Shown here piece by piece: positions 26,379 to 39,884 of a stretch of DNA of 64,000 bases. This DNA is from Phoronis australis (taxonomy: Eukaryota; Animalia; Phoronida), in NCBI GenBank assembly GCA_002633005.1, contig NMRA01000241.1, positions 504,277 through 568,276 on the forward strand. Reading direction: 5' to 3'. Under the pieces are notes generated by a model that ran no database searches, was not told the DNA's origin, and worked only from the letters and a program-made list of their open reading frames with translations. Each line of letters starts with the position of its first letter. Within the stretch, counting starts at the first letter, position 1. The translations under genes were made by a program, and so were the position numbers.

Positions 26379-27341
26379 AGTGTACACAACATGACTCTAG
26401 TACCTCAAAATAAATTTTATTATTATATCTTACTTGATTTCAGTGCCTTTAGTGCACAGCTCATAAAGAAACACGCAAAAATTGAAAAAATAATAATTAT
26501 GTACAACGTCATGGGTTGAACCCAAGTCGTTCGCCATACTGTTCGGATCAGAGACAAAGTGTATAGAGTGAAGAGAAAGCAAAGTACATTTAGCGTCGAG
26601 AAGGTTCGTAGAGGGATCAAAAGATGTGTTTCCGGAGGGTGCAGCAACAGCAGCCAGGCGGAGAACGTCTCTGTGTTCCGAAGGACACCAAAGTTGCACA
26701 GAAGTGGCATCGCTTCGTGCGCCGAACGAGAGTGTGGGGCGTCATCGTGGACCAAGCGATTCGGTCTGGGGTCACTCTGTGTTCTGCCCACTTTGAGGAC
26801 TCGTGTTTTGACTCCAGTCACAGGAGACGTTACGAATGAAGGCCTGGTTCAATAAAGGACAATATTTATCATTCAGAAACATCAGCTCTTAATTCAAGAT
26901 CGTCTGTTGGATGACTGGGTTGACTCGCTGAGCCCGAGGCCGCTTCTCTCGCGGGAGGATCCAGTTCGTAAGGCTCAAAGTAGAAAAGTACGCAGCCGGA
27001 AGCACATTAAACTTGTTCTCGCTTTCATGCAACCCCATATCCTTATCCTGGCCACCATTCCCATACGTTTTTTCATAGTATTCATTCAATTCTTGCTCAT
27101 AATCGTCGTCGCTTTCAAATTCCCTGCTCTTCGCCATTGTTCAATGCTAGTCACTGATCTCTTGTGTTCAACCCATGACGTCACATGGCGGGAAATGTGA
27201 AAATTTGCAAAATTGAAAGAAAAATCAAAATTTCGAGCTAATTACACAAAATAAACATGGGTTTAGCTAAATTTTACGTCATACATTTAGTCTGTGCCCA
27301 CTGGTAATTCAAAATGTGCAAAAATCCATGGTGTGTACTGT
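26379..27341. mobile_element. Internally deleted Kolobok-like DNA transposon (THAP remnant +, acidic YFEP remnant -)
   Basis: TTAA at 26375-26378 and 27342-27345; imperfect 15-bp TIR; frameshifted THAP (CVSGGCSN..W..LCSAHFEDSCF) at ~26620-26815; convergent MAKSREFESDDD../FYFEPYELD..RADVSE at 27137-26870. Confidence 0.7.
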
Positions 27342-27594
27342 TTAACTGTGTTAATAAGGTTTGAACACAACAAAGTCATCACTTTAAAATTCATCCATTT
27401 ACATGGGACATCTCACGCTGTTCTAAACAAGAGGCATGTGACCTGGATGAATGTCATGTCACCTTAAAGAGTCATGCTCAAAAGTTTTTCACCAAAGATG
27501 AGGCACAGTACTCTTATATTGGAACAGCCTTAAGGAAATAAATTACTATTAATTGGATCTTGTTTTCAACTGCTAAGCCTCATCGTGTTCAATT

Positions 27595-27862
27595 CACATG
27601 AGTAGTTGGCGATGCTTTGTTATTCAGTTAATTTCACAAACCAGTCAGCTACAAAGTCACATGAGTAGATGGCGATGCTTTGCTACAAAGTCACATGAGT
27701 AGATGGCGATGCTTTGCTACAAAGTCACATGAGTAGATGGCGATGCTTTGCTACACAGTCACATGAGTAGATGGCGATGCTTTGCTACAAAGTCACATGA
27801 GTAGATGGCGATGCTTTGCTACAAAGTCACATGAGTAGATGGCGATGCTTTGCTACAAAGTC
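27595..27862. repeat. 33-bp minisatellite
   Basis: Unit gctacaaagtcacatgagtagatggcgatgctt. Confidence 0.9.
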
Positions 27863-28088
27863 TATTTAGTTTATTTGGCACATCCGACTATCAGAAAAAC
27901 AAACTTAACTTATTTTGTGCGCAATAAGCCAAGAATTACCATACAACATACATACAACATACATACTCCAGCTAAAAACACAGTTTCAGTGAGCAATCAA
28001 ACTTGAATGTAGTTTTACCCAATCAATTGAAATCTACCTAAACAAACCCAATTCCAAACTTGAACACATCCAATGGCCATGTACTTAC

Positions 28089-28184
28089 TCCATCAGTTTT
28101 GCTGGTGACTTCTGAATAGATCTTGGCAAGATGGTTCATAACTTCCATGCATGCTATCTCCATCTTCATTTTTTTCCGTAACAT
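28089..28184 (-). CDS. NSUN6: NSUN6 probable first coding exon
   Basis: MLRKKMKMEIACMEVMNHLAKIYSEVTSKTDG|gtaagt; phase 0 joins 20731; summed CDS 1380 nt = 459 aa. Confidence 0.7.
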
Positions 28185-28464
28185 ACAAATTGTTTATTGC
28201 CTACATCACAACAAAATCTGAAATATAAGATTTCAAAATGAAAAAGTGTATCCTGCTGTCAGGTTTCGTGTCACTTTCCCACATAAGTATTATGGGATAG
28301 AATGAAGACTTCTGGGATAGGTAACCAGGGAGCTTCACAAAAAAATTGGTCCACAACCTTCTAGGGCACAAGTCAAACTTACAGCTTTTACTCTCACACC
28401 ACAGGATTTCAATGCAAAATAATGGTGTTAGAAAGCGGAATGAAGTCACTTTTGCTAAAACACA

Positions 28465-28860
28465 ACAATATAGTATAATGTATAGCTAGAATATAACAAT
28501 ATAGTATAATGTATAGCTAGAATACAACAACGTAGTATAATGTATAGCTAGAATACAACAATATAATATAGTATAATGTATAGCTAGAATATAACAATAT
28601 AGTATAATGTATAGCTAGAATATAACAATATTGTATAATGTATAGCTAGAATACAACAACGTAGTATAATGTATAGCTAGAATACAACAATATAATATAG
28701 TATAATGTATAGCTAGAATATAACAATATAGTATAATGTATAGCTAGAATACAACAACATAGTATAATGTATAGCTAGAATACAACAATATAGTATAATG
28801 TGTAGCTAGAATACAACAACATAGTATAATGTGTAGCTAGAATACAACAATATAATATAA
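28465..28860. repeat. ~30-bp AT-rich minisatellite
   Basis: Unit acaatatagtataatgtatagctagaatata. Confidence 0.9.
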
Positions 28861-30279
28861 AGTACACTAGTAAGCAAAGGAAGTAAAACGTTTAGGAAGA
28901 ACAAATGTAAACAAGCATAATCAGAACCCTAGTGATTGCCAACATGAAGCAAAAGACATGACACATCAGCTACAGTTCAGGCGCTCAGTCTCCTCATGTA
29001 TTTAAATTGTGTCAGGTCACTGCAACATCTAACAGGGCCATCCCGAATTACACAGCGACACTCGAATCTTGCTGCAATTACCCACAATGCCGTAAACAAC
29101 CATCAGGCACACTTGGTGACTCCTTTTTTGTGCCACTGGAGATCCACATGTTATTTGTTGTTGTCTGATTCTTTATAAGCTTTCCTCAGTTGCATTCCTC
29201 TATTTGTCCTTCCAATGACAATGAAGTATTACTGCGGTACAGTGGGCTGCAACTCCGAAAAGAGAAACTTTGATAAACAGAAAAAATACCCATAAATGGC
29301 TGATAGGAAATTTTTTGCCTTCGCAACATCAATGAGAGACATGTGCCTGATTTTCAAAACAAGGTTACACTCATTCTAATCTCCTGAAAAAAGGAGAATT
29401 CTATCGCCGTGTAATTAGGGACGGGCTTCTTGATTCAGACAATTTGTTCCACAGAGACTCCTCGATTATGTATGGATTTTAAGCCATAAGTAGATGAAGT
29501 AATTCCCCAGACAGGCAAGACATTCTGTTCCCTGGAGTATAGGATGTCTTTGACGCAATCTTGAGGACATGGTCCTACATGGTAGATGTGTTTAAAAACT
29601 TTAAAGCAAGAGACATCACTCGATGAGTTTCTTACGGTACAGAGTTAGCCCTAGCCTTGGCGCAAAGCTGTATACAAAATGCACGATAGTCTTCATACAG
29701 CTAGCTGGCTGCAACAGACATTGCATGGCTAAGTTTGCCCTTGATAGCATAGCTGATTACGAGGACTGATAATCATTAAACACAAACCTGATTGGATGAA
29801 TTGTTGAATTAAACAGAAATAACTGTAGTGTAGCCAGCCAGCTAGCTGTGTAAAGAAATGACTGCAATTTTTTAGAATACAAACTGGACACAATTAACAA
29901 GAGCAACAACTAGTGAACAACGCATTCTGTTTGGAGCCACTTTCCAGGGTTGCTACATGACTGGCATTGTATAGTGACCTTTTAATACTAGTCAATCAGT
30001 ATGCAATAACGGAGCAAACGGCGCGGCTCCTCAGTCCGCTGAGCGTTGTCCTCGCATTTCTCTCACCGTGCGCCCTCTGTTGTTTCAGTTAACTAGGTTA
30101 AAGTTCAACTAAAAGTCTCAAAACTTCAACTTCAATGCTTATCACAGACAAGCTCATATTACAAACATGTTCAACCCTATGCCATGAAAATGTATTACAA
30201 TTTTATAAATTAATTTCAGAATCGCGTACATTACTTCACTGAACCTTTTTCAATTCATATGGACAAACGACACCACATG

Positions 30280-30398
30280 ATCAATTTTAACCTATCGCCG
30301 GGCTTGACTCGGCCTCCATCTTTGGTTGTTGCACTTCCTGAATCACACCCGCTTGTCCTGAAAGCTTTGTAAAGTACTTTTGTCAAGGAAACGTGACA
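30280..30398. promoter_or_regulatory. Putative bidirectional promoter for NSUN6 and ARPC2
   Basis: Genes diverge here; YY1-like AAGATGG (minus strand, ~30316-30322) and ETS cacttcctg (~30332) within 85 bp of the ARPC2 ATG. Confidence 0.5.
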
Positions 30399-30472
30399 AT
30401 GATTCTTCTAGAAATCAACAATAGGATCCTAGAAGAAACGCTCACGCAAAAATTTAAAAATGCCCTCGCTGG
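30399..30472 (+). CDS. ARPC2: ARPC2 (Arp2/3 complex p34) coding exon 1
   Basis: MILLEINNRILEETLTQKFKNALAG|gtaag. Confidence 0.95.
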
Positions 30473-31389
30473 GTAAGTTCAGAAACTTTCTATTTGCGGT
30501 TGATTTTTAGCACAAAATTTCTATTGGTAGACGGGACACTTCCTGCCCTTCCCACCTGACGGCTGATACCAATGTTACTGTCAGCTCAGCTGGTTAATGT
30601 TACAGTCAACTTAACTGATTAATGTTACAAGTGGGGGCCTTTAGCTTGGCATTGGTCTAACTCAGCCGTTTAGAAAAATCTACCTGCTGCTATGGCCCAA
30701 TGGTATCGATCGGTTGGGCACAAGTCGGATTTTGTTAATGGACCTTAGGCTTAGAGAACCAGGCAATCACTAAATAACGACCCCTTTATTTAGTGGATGA
30801 AACTGGTTCTATAAATCAGGGTCCATTATATGCGACTAGTGCCGATCTGGTGTGCGTCCAAATCACTAAGTAATCTGCCAATTCTATCGGCTTCGCCAGT
30901 AGTATAGGCAATGCTGGCAAGCGATTTAGAGATGTCTTTTGGCTAACATGACACAATTGATCAAATTTTTCTCTGATTGTACGTCCGTCACAAATGGCAT
31001 TGCCCATTTGTTAAATTTATTAGTCATTGTTCAAGATCTGCAACGTACAGCACACATTTGGCACAAATATCTCGAATTTTTGTTGTTGATGTGAGCTTCC
31101 TGTCGAGCTTCTGGATGTAATAATGATGTTTATTGGTCTCATTAAAAAAGATAAAAGGTGAACGAGTCAAAGCAGCAGGTAAAATGTCTGATGTAAGTTT
31201 CCAAAGGGGTTTGAAAACAACTATAAGTTAAACTGCTGGGTCTATGCAATGAATAAGGCAAGATAATTAGCGTTTCAATTTTATACTACTTGGCCCGGTG
31301 TAACCAAGAGAAAAGAAAACTTTCTTTTTCTCGGGTCCAATAACAGCTATCTTATCTGCCTCATTCATTTTTGAAAATAACTTTCCAAT

Positions 31390-31860
31390 ATGCTGTGTAA
31401 ACTGAAGTCACCCATCCTTTTATTGAACAAGAGCAATGTTGTGTATAAGGTTGAATGTGACAACTGTAAGGAATTCTATATAGGACTCACACAGAGACGC
31501 CTCTGTGACAGGTTGAAAGAACATCACACCTCAGAGAAAAGTAACATATATAGGCATTGTATTAGCTACAATCACCAAGCCAACTCTGTTAGTATTATCT
31601 GCAGAGAACCTAATTAGGAGTTACTGTACATTAAAGAGTCATTGGCCATTCAGAACCAGCATGCCACTGATTCTCTGAATAACATGCAGAGCTCAGTGAC
31701 CCTGCAGCTATGGTGATGACCAGCTACTGACCATATTCTATGTATCTCTCACTTCACTCTATGCATGTTACCTGAGCTGTCTATTGGCACTTGTTGTCCT
31801 AAATTGTTGTAAATATGATCCTGATGATATCTAATGAAAAGACGAAACGTTGAATTGAAC
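31390..31860 (+). mobile_element. Penelope-like element 3' fragment (GIY-YIG) with degenerate hammerhead
   Basis: SNVVYKVECDNCKEFYIGLTQRRLCDRLKEH; CTGATGA..GAAACGTT at 31821-31851. Confidence 0.8.
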
Positions 31861-32219
31861 ATGAACTTTTTTATTTGTGTGCTGATCGTCCGGTTTTTTA
31901 TCTTATTGTGGCCAAAAACTGATTTAATTAACAATGTCCTACTGTATACAAGTTACGAGAATGGTCTCTCCTGAGGTGTGCATTCGTGAATAAATGTAGT
32001 TGTTTGTTTTTGTACTTGTTTATCAATGATAATAATTATTTGCAAAAAGTGCAATAAATCTTTTTCCACAGGGTTGGTTGACTTAGAAAGAAGAGATTTG
32101 AATTCAGTATGTGCAGTTGATCCTTTTAACGCTTGGCTTGCAAGGCATTTCGTTAATGTAAAATGTTCAAACTTACATCTTTCATGTGCTGTAACTGTTC
32201 ATTTTGGTCTTGTTCACAG

Positions 32220-32367
32220 AAATAAACCAGAGACGACAGACATCACAATTGCTGATTTCGATGGCGTTGTTTACCACATCTTTAGTGTAGATGGAGACAA
32301 AACGAAGCTGAGAGTCAGCATTTCACTCAAATTCTACAAGGATCTCCAAGAGCATGGAGCAGATGAG
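32220..32367 (+). CDS. ARPC2: ARPC2 exon 2
   Basis: [20 protein letters not shown]...[16 protein letters not shown]. Confidence 0.96.
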
Positions 32368-32645
32368 GTGAGGAAAATAATCATCTTTTAACATGGTTCT
32401 TTCACTCTATCTAACTCAGCAAGTGAACAGATATGACCTAAGTTTGAAATAAATGCCTTCTAAAATGGTTCTTTCACTCATTTGAAATTCAATCCAAGAA
32501 TATATTTAAGATGTGGTTAATCTGATCCTTGAGCGTGTCATCAGTTAAGTCTGATGCTCAGTTGACAGCCATCTTTGTATTGCACTCGCAATGAAAGGTC
32601 AGCTCACACTAGAATGACTCTAATTCTTGTTGGTTTTGTTTACAG

Positions 32646-32691
32646 CTTATACAGAGAGAATACGGTGATTATCTAACAACGCCTGAGGAAG
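32646..32691 (+). CDS. ARPC2: ARPC2 exon 3
   Basis: LIQREYGDYLTTPEE; AG/GT boundaries. Confidence 0.92.
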
Positions 32692-35100
32692 GTATGTTGA
32701 TATGTTTCTAAAAGCCAGGCTGAAGACAAACTAAAAGGCAAAATGTCCTGGGTTTGGCTAAATTTTGTTGTAGGCTTAGGACAAACAAAAGGGCAAAATG
32801 TCCTGGGTTTGCAGGAATTTGCTTGTAGGCTTTGGGCAAACTAAAGGGCAAAATGTCATGGTTTTGACTAAATTTACTTGTAGGCTTAAGACAAACTGAA
32901 GGGCAGCATATTCTGGGTTTGGATAAGTTTGCTTCTAGGCTTTGAAAGAGGAGCGCAAAGATGCAACTTATTGCAACTTGTTGCAACTTATTCTAAGGAT
33001 GTTCTAAACCTATAAAAAGCTTTTAACTTCTTGGATTCTCTTCAAGTTTCAAAGCTTTGAAGCTAAAGTATCATTGCTGGATTGAAATTTAAGCAGTCCG
33101 TCACTGACGATGGTATTTACAGTGGTCTGCAGCCGCTGTCCTTCACTGTCAATATCACTATAGTAATGCACACATTATCCTAGTGTCCACAATGGATTTT
33201 TTTGTACCGCCATCTTCAGACTCGACTTTTACAATCTTTTCAAGTTTCGTCAATACTCTCGAAACTTGACCCCATTTGAGGTTTGCTTTTGTTTGAAATT
33301 CTAATCTCTACCATTCTTTGTTATCTGTTGCATTCTCTTTAAGTTGGTAAATCGGTCCACTGCTAGACGGTGGAATGTTGTGAATGTCTTATGATATTGA
33401 ATTGGGATTATTCTTGGTGAAAACTGCGCTACAACAAACGTAACAAATAAGGCTGTTTTCAAACTCTGATTTAAGTAATCAATACAAAATTAATTTTTGT
33501 TGTTTTAAAACTGTTGAACACTCAAGAAAGTTTAATTTAAAGCTGCATTTCATCCTGGCTTGACACAAAAATAGAATTATACCGCTTGCTCTCATAAAAT
33601 TATGTCTCTTAATATTCCTTACCATGGTAGTATTCTGTTTCTGTTACCAGCAAGAACATCAAAACTAACCATCTAAAGAAAACGCTTCACACTTTATTGA
33701 GGTTGGCCAATTCAAAAATTCCTAGTTTTGTAAATGATGCTTTTACACATTTCCATTACTTGAATTGGTCGTGAAAACAGAATCCCATACCTGCAGGTTG
33801 CCAATGCAAGCTCAGATTTTGTTTAGCATCCATGTAAAAATCTCAGGTCACCACAAAGCTGCCACGCCGCATCCAAGCACGTACTCAAACTACTACAAGA
33901 AGTAAACAGACAGAAGTCAGAATCATTTGACCCGATCATGTTCATCTGCTTCTGGAGGTCAGAATGGGCGTGAGATATTAGGTTCGAGAAGAGATAATTA
34001 GCTGTTGCTCAGTACACAAGATACTCATAGTTTTCTGTTTGAGCAAGCGAAAATAATAAAATTTTGCGTTTTTTTTTTAATTCAAAGTCAAATAACTCGA
34101 AAACGGTAAGTCTGAGAAAAGCGCTATCGCAGAACTTTTGAAAGAACATACTTCAAGGAATCCACATGCAAAAATTCATGTCATTTGCTCATCCCGTTAA
34201 AAATGCGACCGCAGAACGATTGAAAACGTGTTAACATGCGCCACAGCCGCCATCTTGAAAGTGACTTCCGGTTAAACAAAATTTTATAAAACCTTATTAA
34301 TAGCAACAAACACGTGACCAGTTTGAAGTGGTTCGCAAATGCGCCCTCTAGAGGAAAAAATGTTTTTGGCCAGATATCGGGGTGCGCATGTGCCACTTCC
34401 AATATATCCGCCATCTTTGACCGGAAGTCAACGATTTTCGGCACAGTTGTAGCTCATGTGTTCTATAATAATCGTACCACGTTTCAGCCCTGTACGTTGA
34501 AAAATGCGGCCTCTACGAGCATTTGACTGTGAAATCAGAAACAAAATGGCCGCCACGTCCGCCATTTTGAATCCGATCATGACCGAAAACAATATCGTTC
34601 CAGTACTCCCCGATCTACACGTCGTGTGCAAATTTCTTGAAAATCGGACGAAAATTGCGACCTGTAGAGAGCGAACAAACAAAAAAAAAAAAAAACTTGC
34701 TGTCGGACCAACATACTTTGCGGAAGAAGTCCGCCAAGTAAAAAATGTGTGCCTGGCAGACATTTGTTGTGTTTGCAGGTTTTTCACTTGAGGTATCTCG
34801 TCTATTTCATTTTCAGCTCCTGCCATCAAGGGTTGGTGTCTTCGGTTCCTATTTGGGCTCCTTGCAATGTTGCCATGTCGCATTTGGCCTGTTGACCTGA
34901 AGCTAAACATGCAGCCCTGTTATGAGATTTTTCTTTTATAGCTTGGGCTCAATGCAACTCAATGCAAAATTTTCTGTTTTGTTTTTGTTGAAATGCAAAA
35001 TCACTCAGCACGTTTTTGATGTAGCTCCACCTCTTGTTTACACAAAACCTGTTCTTGAAGTTAAGATATTTGCATCAGTGTTGTTTTGTGTTGTATTCAG

Positions 35101-35287
35101 GTTACAATGTGTCATTGCTGTTCAATCTGGAGAGTGTTCCTGAGAACTGGCAGGAGGTGGTGAAAAAAGTGGGACTTCTTAAGAGGAACTGTTTTGCCTC
35201 TGTCTTTGAGAAGTATTTTGACTTTCAAGCACGAGAGGAGTCTGGTCACAAGCGAGCCGTTATCCAGTACAGAGATGATGAAACTAT
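35101..35287 (+). CDS. ARPC2: ARPC2 exon 4
   Basis: GYNVSLL...[15 protein letters not shown]...IQYRDDETM. Confidence 0.96.
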
Positions 35288-36179
35288 GTAAGTGTCTTAC
35301 CTTTGATACTTTCTCAGATTACTTTTAAAGTCCTGTGTTGCACTTAATAAATTTTTATGAAATCTCCACTGTTCCTGCCAACGACACTACATCTATTCTT
35401 GATTTTCGGAAGAGTTCAAGGAGTGTGTCATCCGTAGCGCTAATTTTCTTGTTTCTTCGTATTGACAGCTGTATCGCATTGACACGTTGATGGATCTTTG
35501 TGAATGTGACTACAGATGGCATTTTTTTCGACAGATCTGAATACTTCTGCAATTTTAAATTTTTTATTGTTACTTCTGAGTTGCTCAGCGTTTCATCAAA
35601 TATGGTAAATAGATTTCTGAAGAGACACCTTTCTATTTTTGGAGGACTAGCAGATATTTTTTATTATTTGTAGGTCTGTTTTTTGGTGTCAGCGTCTATC
35701 AGCCAAACGGCTCAAAAAAATTGGCTGATATTTCCTGCTGACAACAATACAACTTTCATTCATTTTTGGACAGTTCTGACAACTGTGGTGCCCCTCACTG
35801 GCAATTATTTTTTATGTGTAGTATTTTGTGAAATATGACAAGTTTATACCTAAGAATATTACAACAGATGACAATTCTCTTGGACATATCCTACTACCGC
35901 TGTGCCTCATTCGCTTGGACAGATTTTCATGAAATTTGCCAGAATAGATTTCTGTTATAGAGACAATGAGGCCTTCACATTTTGGGCAGGTTCAACATAT
36001 TCTACTCCAACTCCACCTAGTGGCCACCCCTAGAAGAGGCATGTGGGTGCATTTCAGTGCTTTGTGTTGCTTTTGTTAGGTGTTTGAGTTGTGAGGCTAT
36101 GTATTGAATGTGTTGTAAAGGTGAAGTAATTGAATTCAACACTTTTGTGCCCTTTATGGTTATGGTTATGTGTTTGTAG

Positions 36180-36273
36180 GTATGTACATGCTAAGAAGGA
36201 CAGAGTAACAGTGATATTTAGCACGATTTTTAAAGATGACGACGATATCATTATAGGCAAGGTCTTTATGCAG
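36180..36273 (+). CDS. ARPC2: ARPC2 exon 5
   Basis: [31 protein letters not shown]. Confidence 0.96.
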
Positions 36274-36429
36274 GTAAGAGAGTGAGTACATATTTTCTGG
36301 TGTAAGACTGTAATATTTTTTCACCATTTTGCTTTTTATGGTCCAGTAATTCCTCACCTATATACCACGCTTCATGTGTGAAATGTTAGTTTGATTACTG
36401 TATACTAAAATGGTGTGTACTCTGTGTAG

Positions 36430-36556
36430 GAGTTCAAAGAGGGACGCAGGGGATTCCAGCAGGCCCCTCAGGTACTGTTTAGTCAAAGAGACCCGCCAGG
36501 AGAACTGGAGGGCACCAACGCTGCAGTGGGCGAGAACATTGGCTATATCACATTTG
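36430..36556 (+). CDS. ARPC2: ARPC2 exon 6
   Basis: [18 protein letters not shown]...ENIGYITF. Confidence 0.96.
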
Positions 36557-37494
36557 GTAAGTCTTGCTGTGGTGTTTTTTTTGTTTTTTTTTTTGAAAAC
36601 TACTTCTTTTTCGTTGTTTATGTGTTGTGCAAAGAATATATAGTTGAATCAGTAACTAGTAAACGTAAATTTTTTTTTCAATCATTTGTCTCATTGACCT
36701 GTACCTAATGGCAACCAATTTCATATACCATTCTCAAGAGAGTCTCCAAATTGCCTTTTAACATTTTTAGGACATTTCGATTTCCCCCTTTGATTAGCAA
36801 ACCTTTGTACACTGTGTTGCAACTAATTGCCATTTCTGTATAATGCTCAAAGAATTTACCCAGAAAGTTAACTTGGTCTTAAAATAGTTGCAGTTGTGAC
36901 AGGTTTCTCAAAACATTCAAACTTCACACAGTTTACCGTAGCTTCTATGTGTTAGAAATTTTTAAGATAACTTAGTGGNAGTTGAATCAGTAACTAGTAA
37001 ACGTAAATTTTTTTTTCAATCATTTGTCTCATTGATCTGTACCTAATGGCAACCAATTTCATATACCATTCTCAAGAGAGTCTCCAAATTGCCTTTTAAC
37101 ATTTTTAGGACATTTCAATTTCCCCCTTTGATTAGCAAACCTTTGTACACTGTGTTGCAACTAATTGCCATTTCTGTATAATGCTCAAAGAATTTACCCA
37201 GAAAGTTAACTTGGTCTTAAAATAGTTGCAGTTGTGACAGGTTTCTCAAAACATTCAAACTTCACACAGTTTACCGTAGCTTCTATGTGTTAGAAATTTT
37301 TAAGATAACTTAGTGGTTGATTGACAAATGCCAAAAATTCACAATTCTGTCTTTAGGGTCATGTGTCTGTTGAATATTGAGCAAACTTGTTGCAAATTCT
37401 GGCCCAAATTTTTCATGAAGTTGTCAATATATCAATTTACTGGGGTGAAAATAAAAGTGTTCTCTTTATTGTGTACTTGATATTGTGTCTGTAT

Positions 37495-37745
37495 TTTGTC
37501 ACAAGCTGTCGTGGCCCATCAAGATACTGTCATAACTTGTCACAAGCTGTCATGACCCAATTAGATCCTGTCATAACATGTCACAAGCTGTCTTGGCCCA
37601 TTTAGATACTGTCATAACATGTCACAAGCTGTCATGGCCCATTTAGATACTGTCATAACATGTCACAAGCTGTCGTAGCCCATTTAGATACTGTCATAAC
37701 TTGTCACAAGCTGTCATGGCCCATTTAGATACTATCATAACATGT
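37495..37745. repeat. 40-bp minisatellite, ~6 copies
   Basis: Unit tgtcacaagctgtcatggcccatttagatactgtcataac. Confidence 0.88.
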
Positions 37746-38502
37746 CCATATGAGTTCTTGTTTTTAGAATATGGAAAGAAATCTAAATGTACTGTAGTCT
37801 CGTTTTCCTTAAACATTTCTCTGACATTTAAATTTAGGAAAAGACAGAAACGTTTCATGTTATTTCTTCCTGAAATCTGCCATCGCTTGACTTACTGCTG
37901 TACATAACATGATACTGTCATGATGGACAGTCGTGTATACTCCCTTAAGTCCCGTCCACACACAGCCTACCCTAGAACAACTTGCCCTAGAGCATTTTGT
38001 CTCACTTTAACTGGAGTGTTAACTCGCACATTTCTGATAACTGGTGCAAGGAATCAATCAGTGCACCACAATGAACAGCTGAGTCGAATACGCCTTGCAA
38101 AATAAAACACGTCTGTATTTAAGCACAGCTGATAGTTACTTGCGGCCATTCAGTGATTAGGTGTGGCTCAAGTTACCCTAGTACAAATCACCTCAACAAG
38201 GTGAAGATTGTTGAAACAAGTTGCACTAGTATCAATAACGTCCAGACAGCCTTCAAACTTAGCGACAACTCGTCCCGGGAGTAACTCTTTCTGGAATAGG
38301 CCTGTTTGTTCTCCGTGTCGCGTTTACAGCCACTTTGAAAATTTAGACTATGCAGTGTGTGCACATCATAGCGCACAAACGAAAATAATACATTTTGTTC
38401 AAAATGAAAAAATCAATTGTGTCGCGTTACATTTAAATGGGTCAGAGGCAAAATGTCTGTGTTACCCTGCATGCTCTTGATAAAATGTTGATTTGCTTGC
38501 AG

Positions 38503-38603
38503 TATTATATCCTCGCCACACCAACAGTGAGGTACGGGACAACACAATTAACCTGATTCACACACTCCGAGATTACCTTCACTACCACATCAAATGTTCC
38601 AAG
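38503..38603 (+). CDS. ARPC2: ARPC2 exon 7
   Basis: LYPRHTN...[21 protein letters not shown]|gtaag. Confidence 0.96.
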
Positions 38604-39884
38604 GTAAGAACCTTCACTACCACATCAAATGTTCCAAGAGAAAATGCACACTGTCCAGTATTACAAGTGAATAATTAGGCATAGTAAGTACTACTTTTGA
38701 AAGAATTTTTGTTATTGTGTAGCCAAGAACAAGTTGAACTTTTTATTACAAGTTTTTTATATGTGGTTGCATGTTGTCGTCATCTCTGTCCGGGCGTCCT
38801 GCATCCACAGTTGTATCTCCTAAACCCTTTACAGGATCTTGATGAGATTTGGCAGATGTGTTCAAAAGTCCTCAACCGATTTTCATGAAATTTGGTACAT
38901 GGGCATTTCTTACCGTTTTTGATCCTGTTTTTTGCCATGTGCTCCGTTTATTCGCCAAACCACTGTAAAGATGATTATGTGTTCCTACTGAGAAAAGGAT
39001 TGCTTACGATGATCTTCAGAAAGCTACAACTACAGTGGCTCCTCCTAGTGGCAGTTTTTTGTGTCCAGCTATATTTCCTAAACCCTGTGCAGGAATTATG
39101 TTAATTTTTTTCTGTTTTCTTCGGTGTCTTTGGAATTTAGCAATGACATCTTTCGGTTTTCAGATGAATTTGATGTAGTGCATGCCTCCTAGTGGCTTTT
39201 TTAATATATTTGAGTCTGTTTTTAGCGAAACCACTCTCATGATAATTATGAAATTTGTCATATTTGTTCTCACTGCGAAGAAAAAAGCTGACGATAAATT
39301 TGAATGGCCAGTCTTGTTAAGCTAGAAAACTGGGGAAGTGGCCGTTTTACTCGGTGGGCCGTTTTACCCCACTCTCCCGTCTCCCCTACCTGTATTGTAA
39401 TTCAGATTGCTAAACCACCGTCTCGGAGTCCCAGCGTCGTTGCACTCATTGTGATCATCGATCTTTTTCTAAAAGTCGGGGAATCGCGCGTTTCCTTAGC
39501 ACTAGGTGCTAAATCTTCATTCTTTAAAAGTCGGGGATGGGCGCTTAACCGAGAGGTGGGCGCTTAACTGGAAATCTTCAAAAATCGCAGGGGGGCGCTT
39601 AACCGAGCAGTGGGCGGTTAAATCGAAAATCCACTTAAAGTCGGGGATGGGCGGTTAACTGAGCATGGGCGTTAACCCGAACGATTATGGTATATTACAA
39701 GTGCTGGACCTTTTGCAAATTCTTCGAAATGACATATTTACTGAAGTCAAGAGTCTGGACTGTAGTACTTGATTGCATTTGAATTGTCGTTTTCCAGGCC
39801 TACATTCATTCATTGTCGTTTTCCAGGCCTACATTCATTCATTGTCGTTTTCCAGGCCTACATTCATTCATTGTCGTTTTCCAG

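Noticed and set aside
36642-37316. ~337-bp direct duplication in ARPC2 intron 6
   Set aside because: Near-identical copies abut a single n (36979): a contig-overlap artefact.
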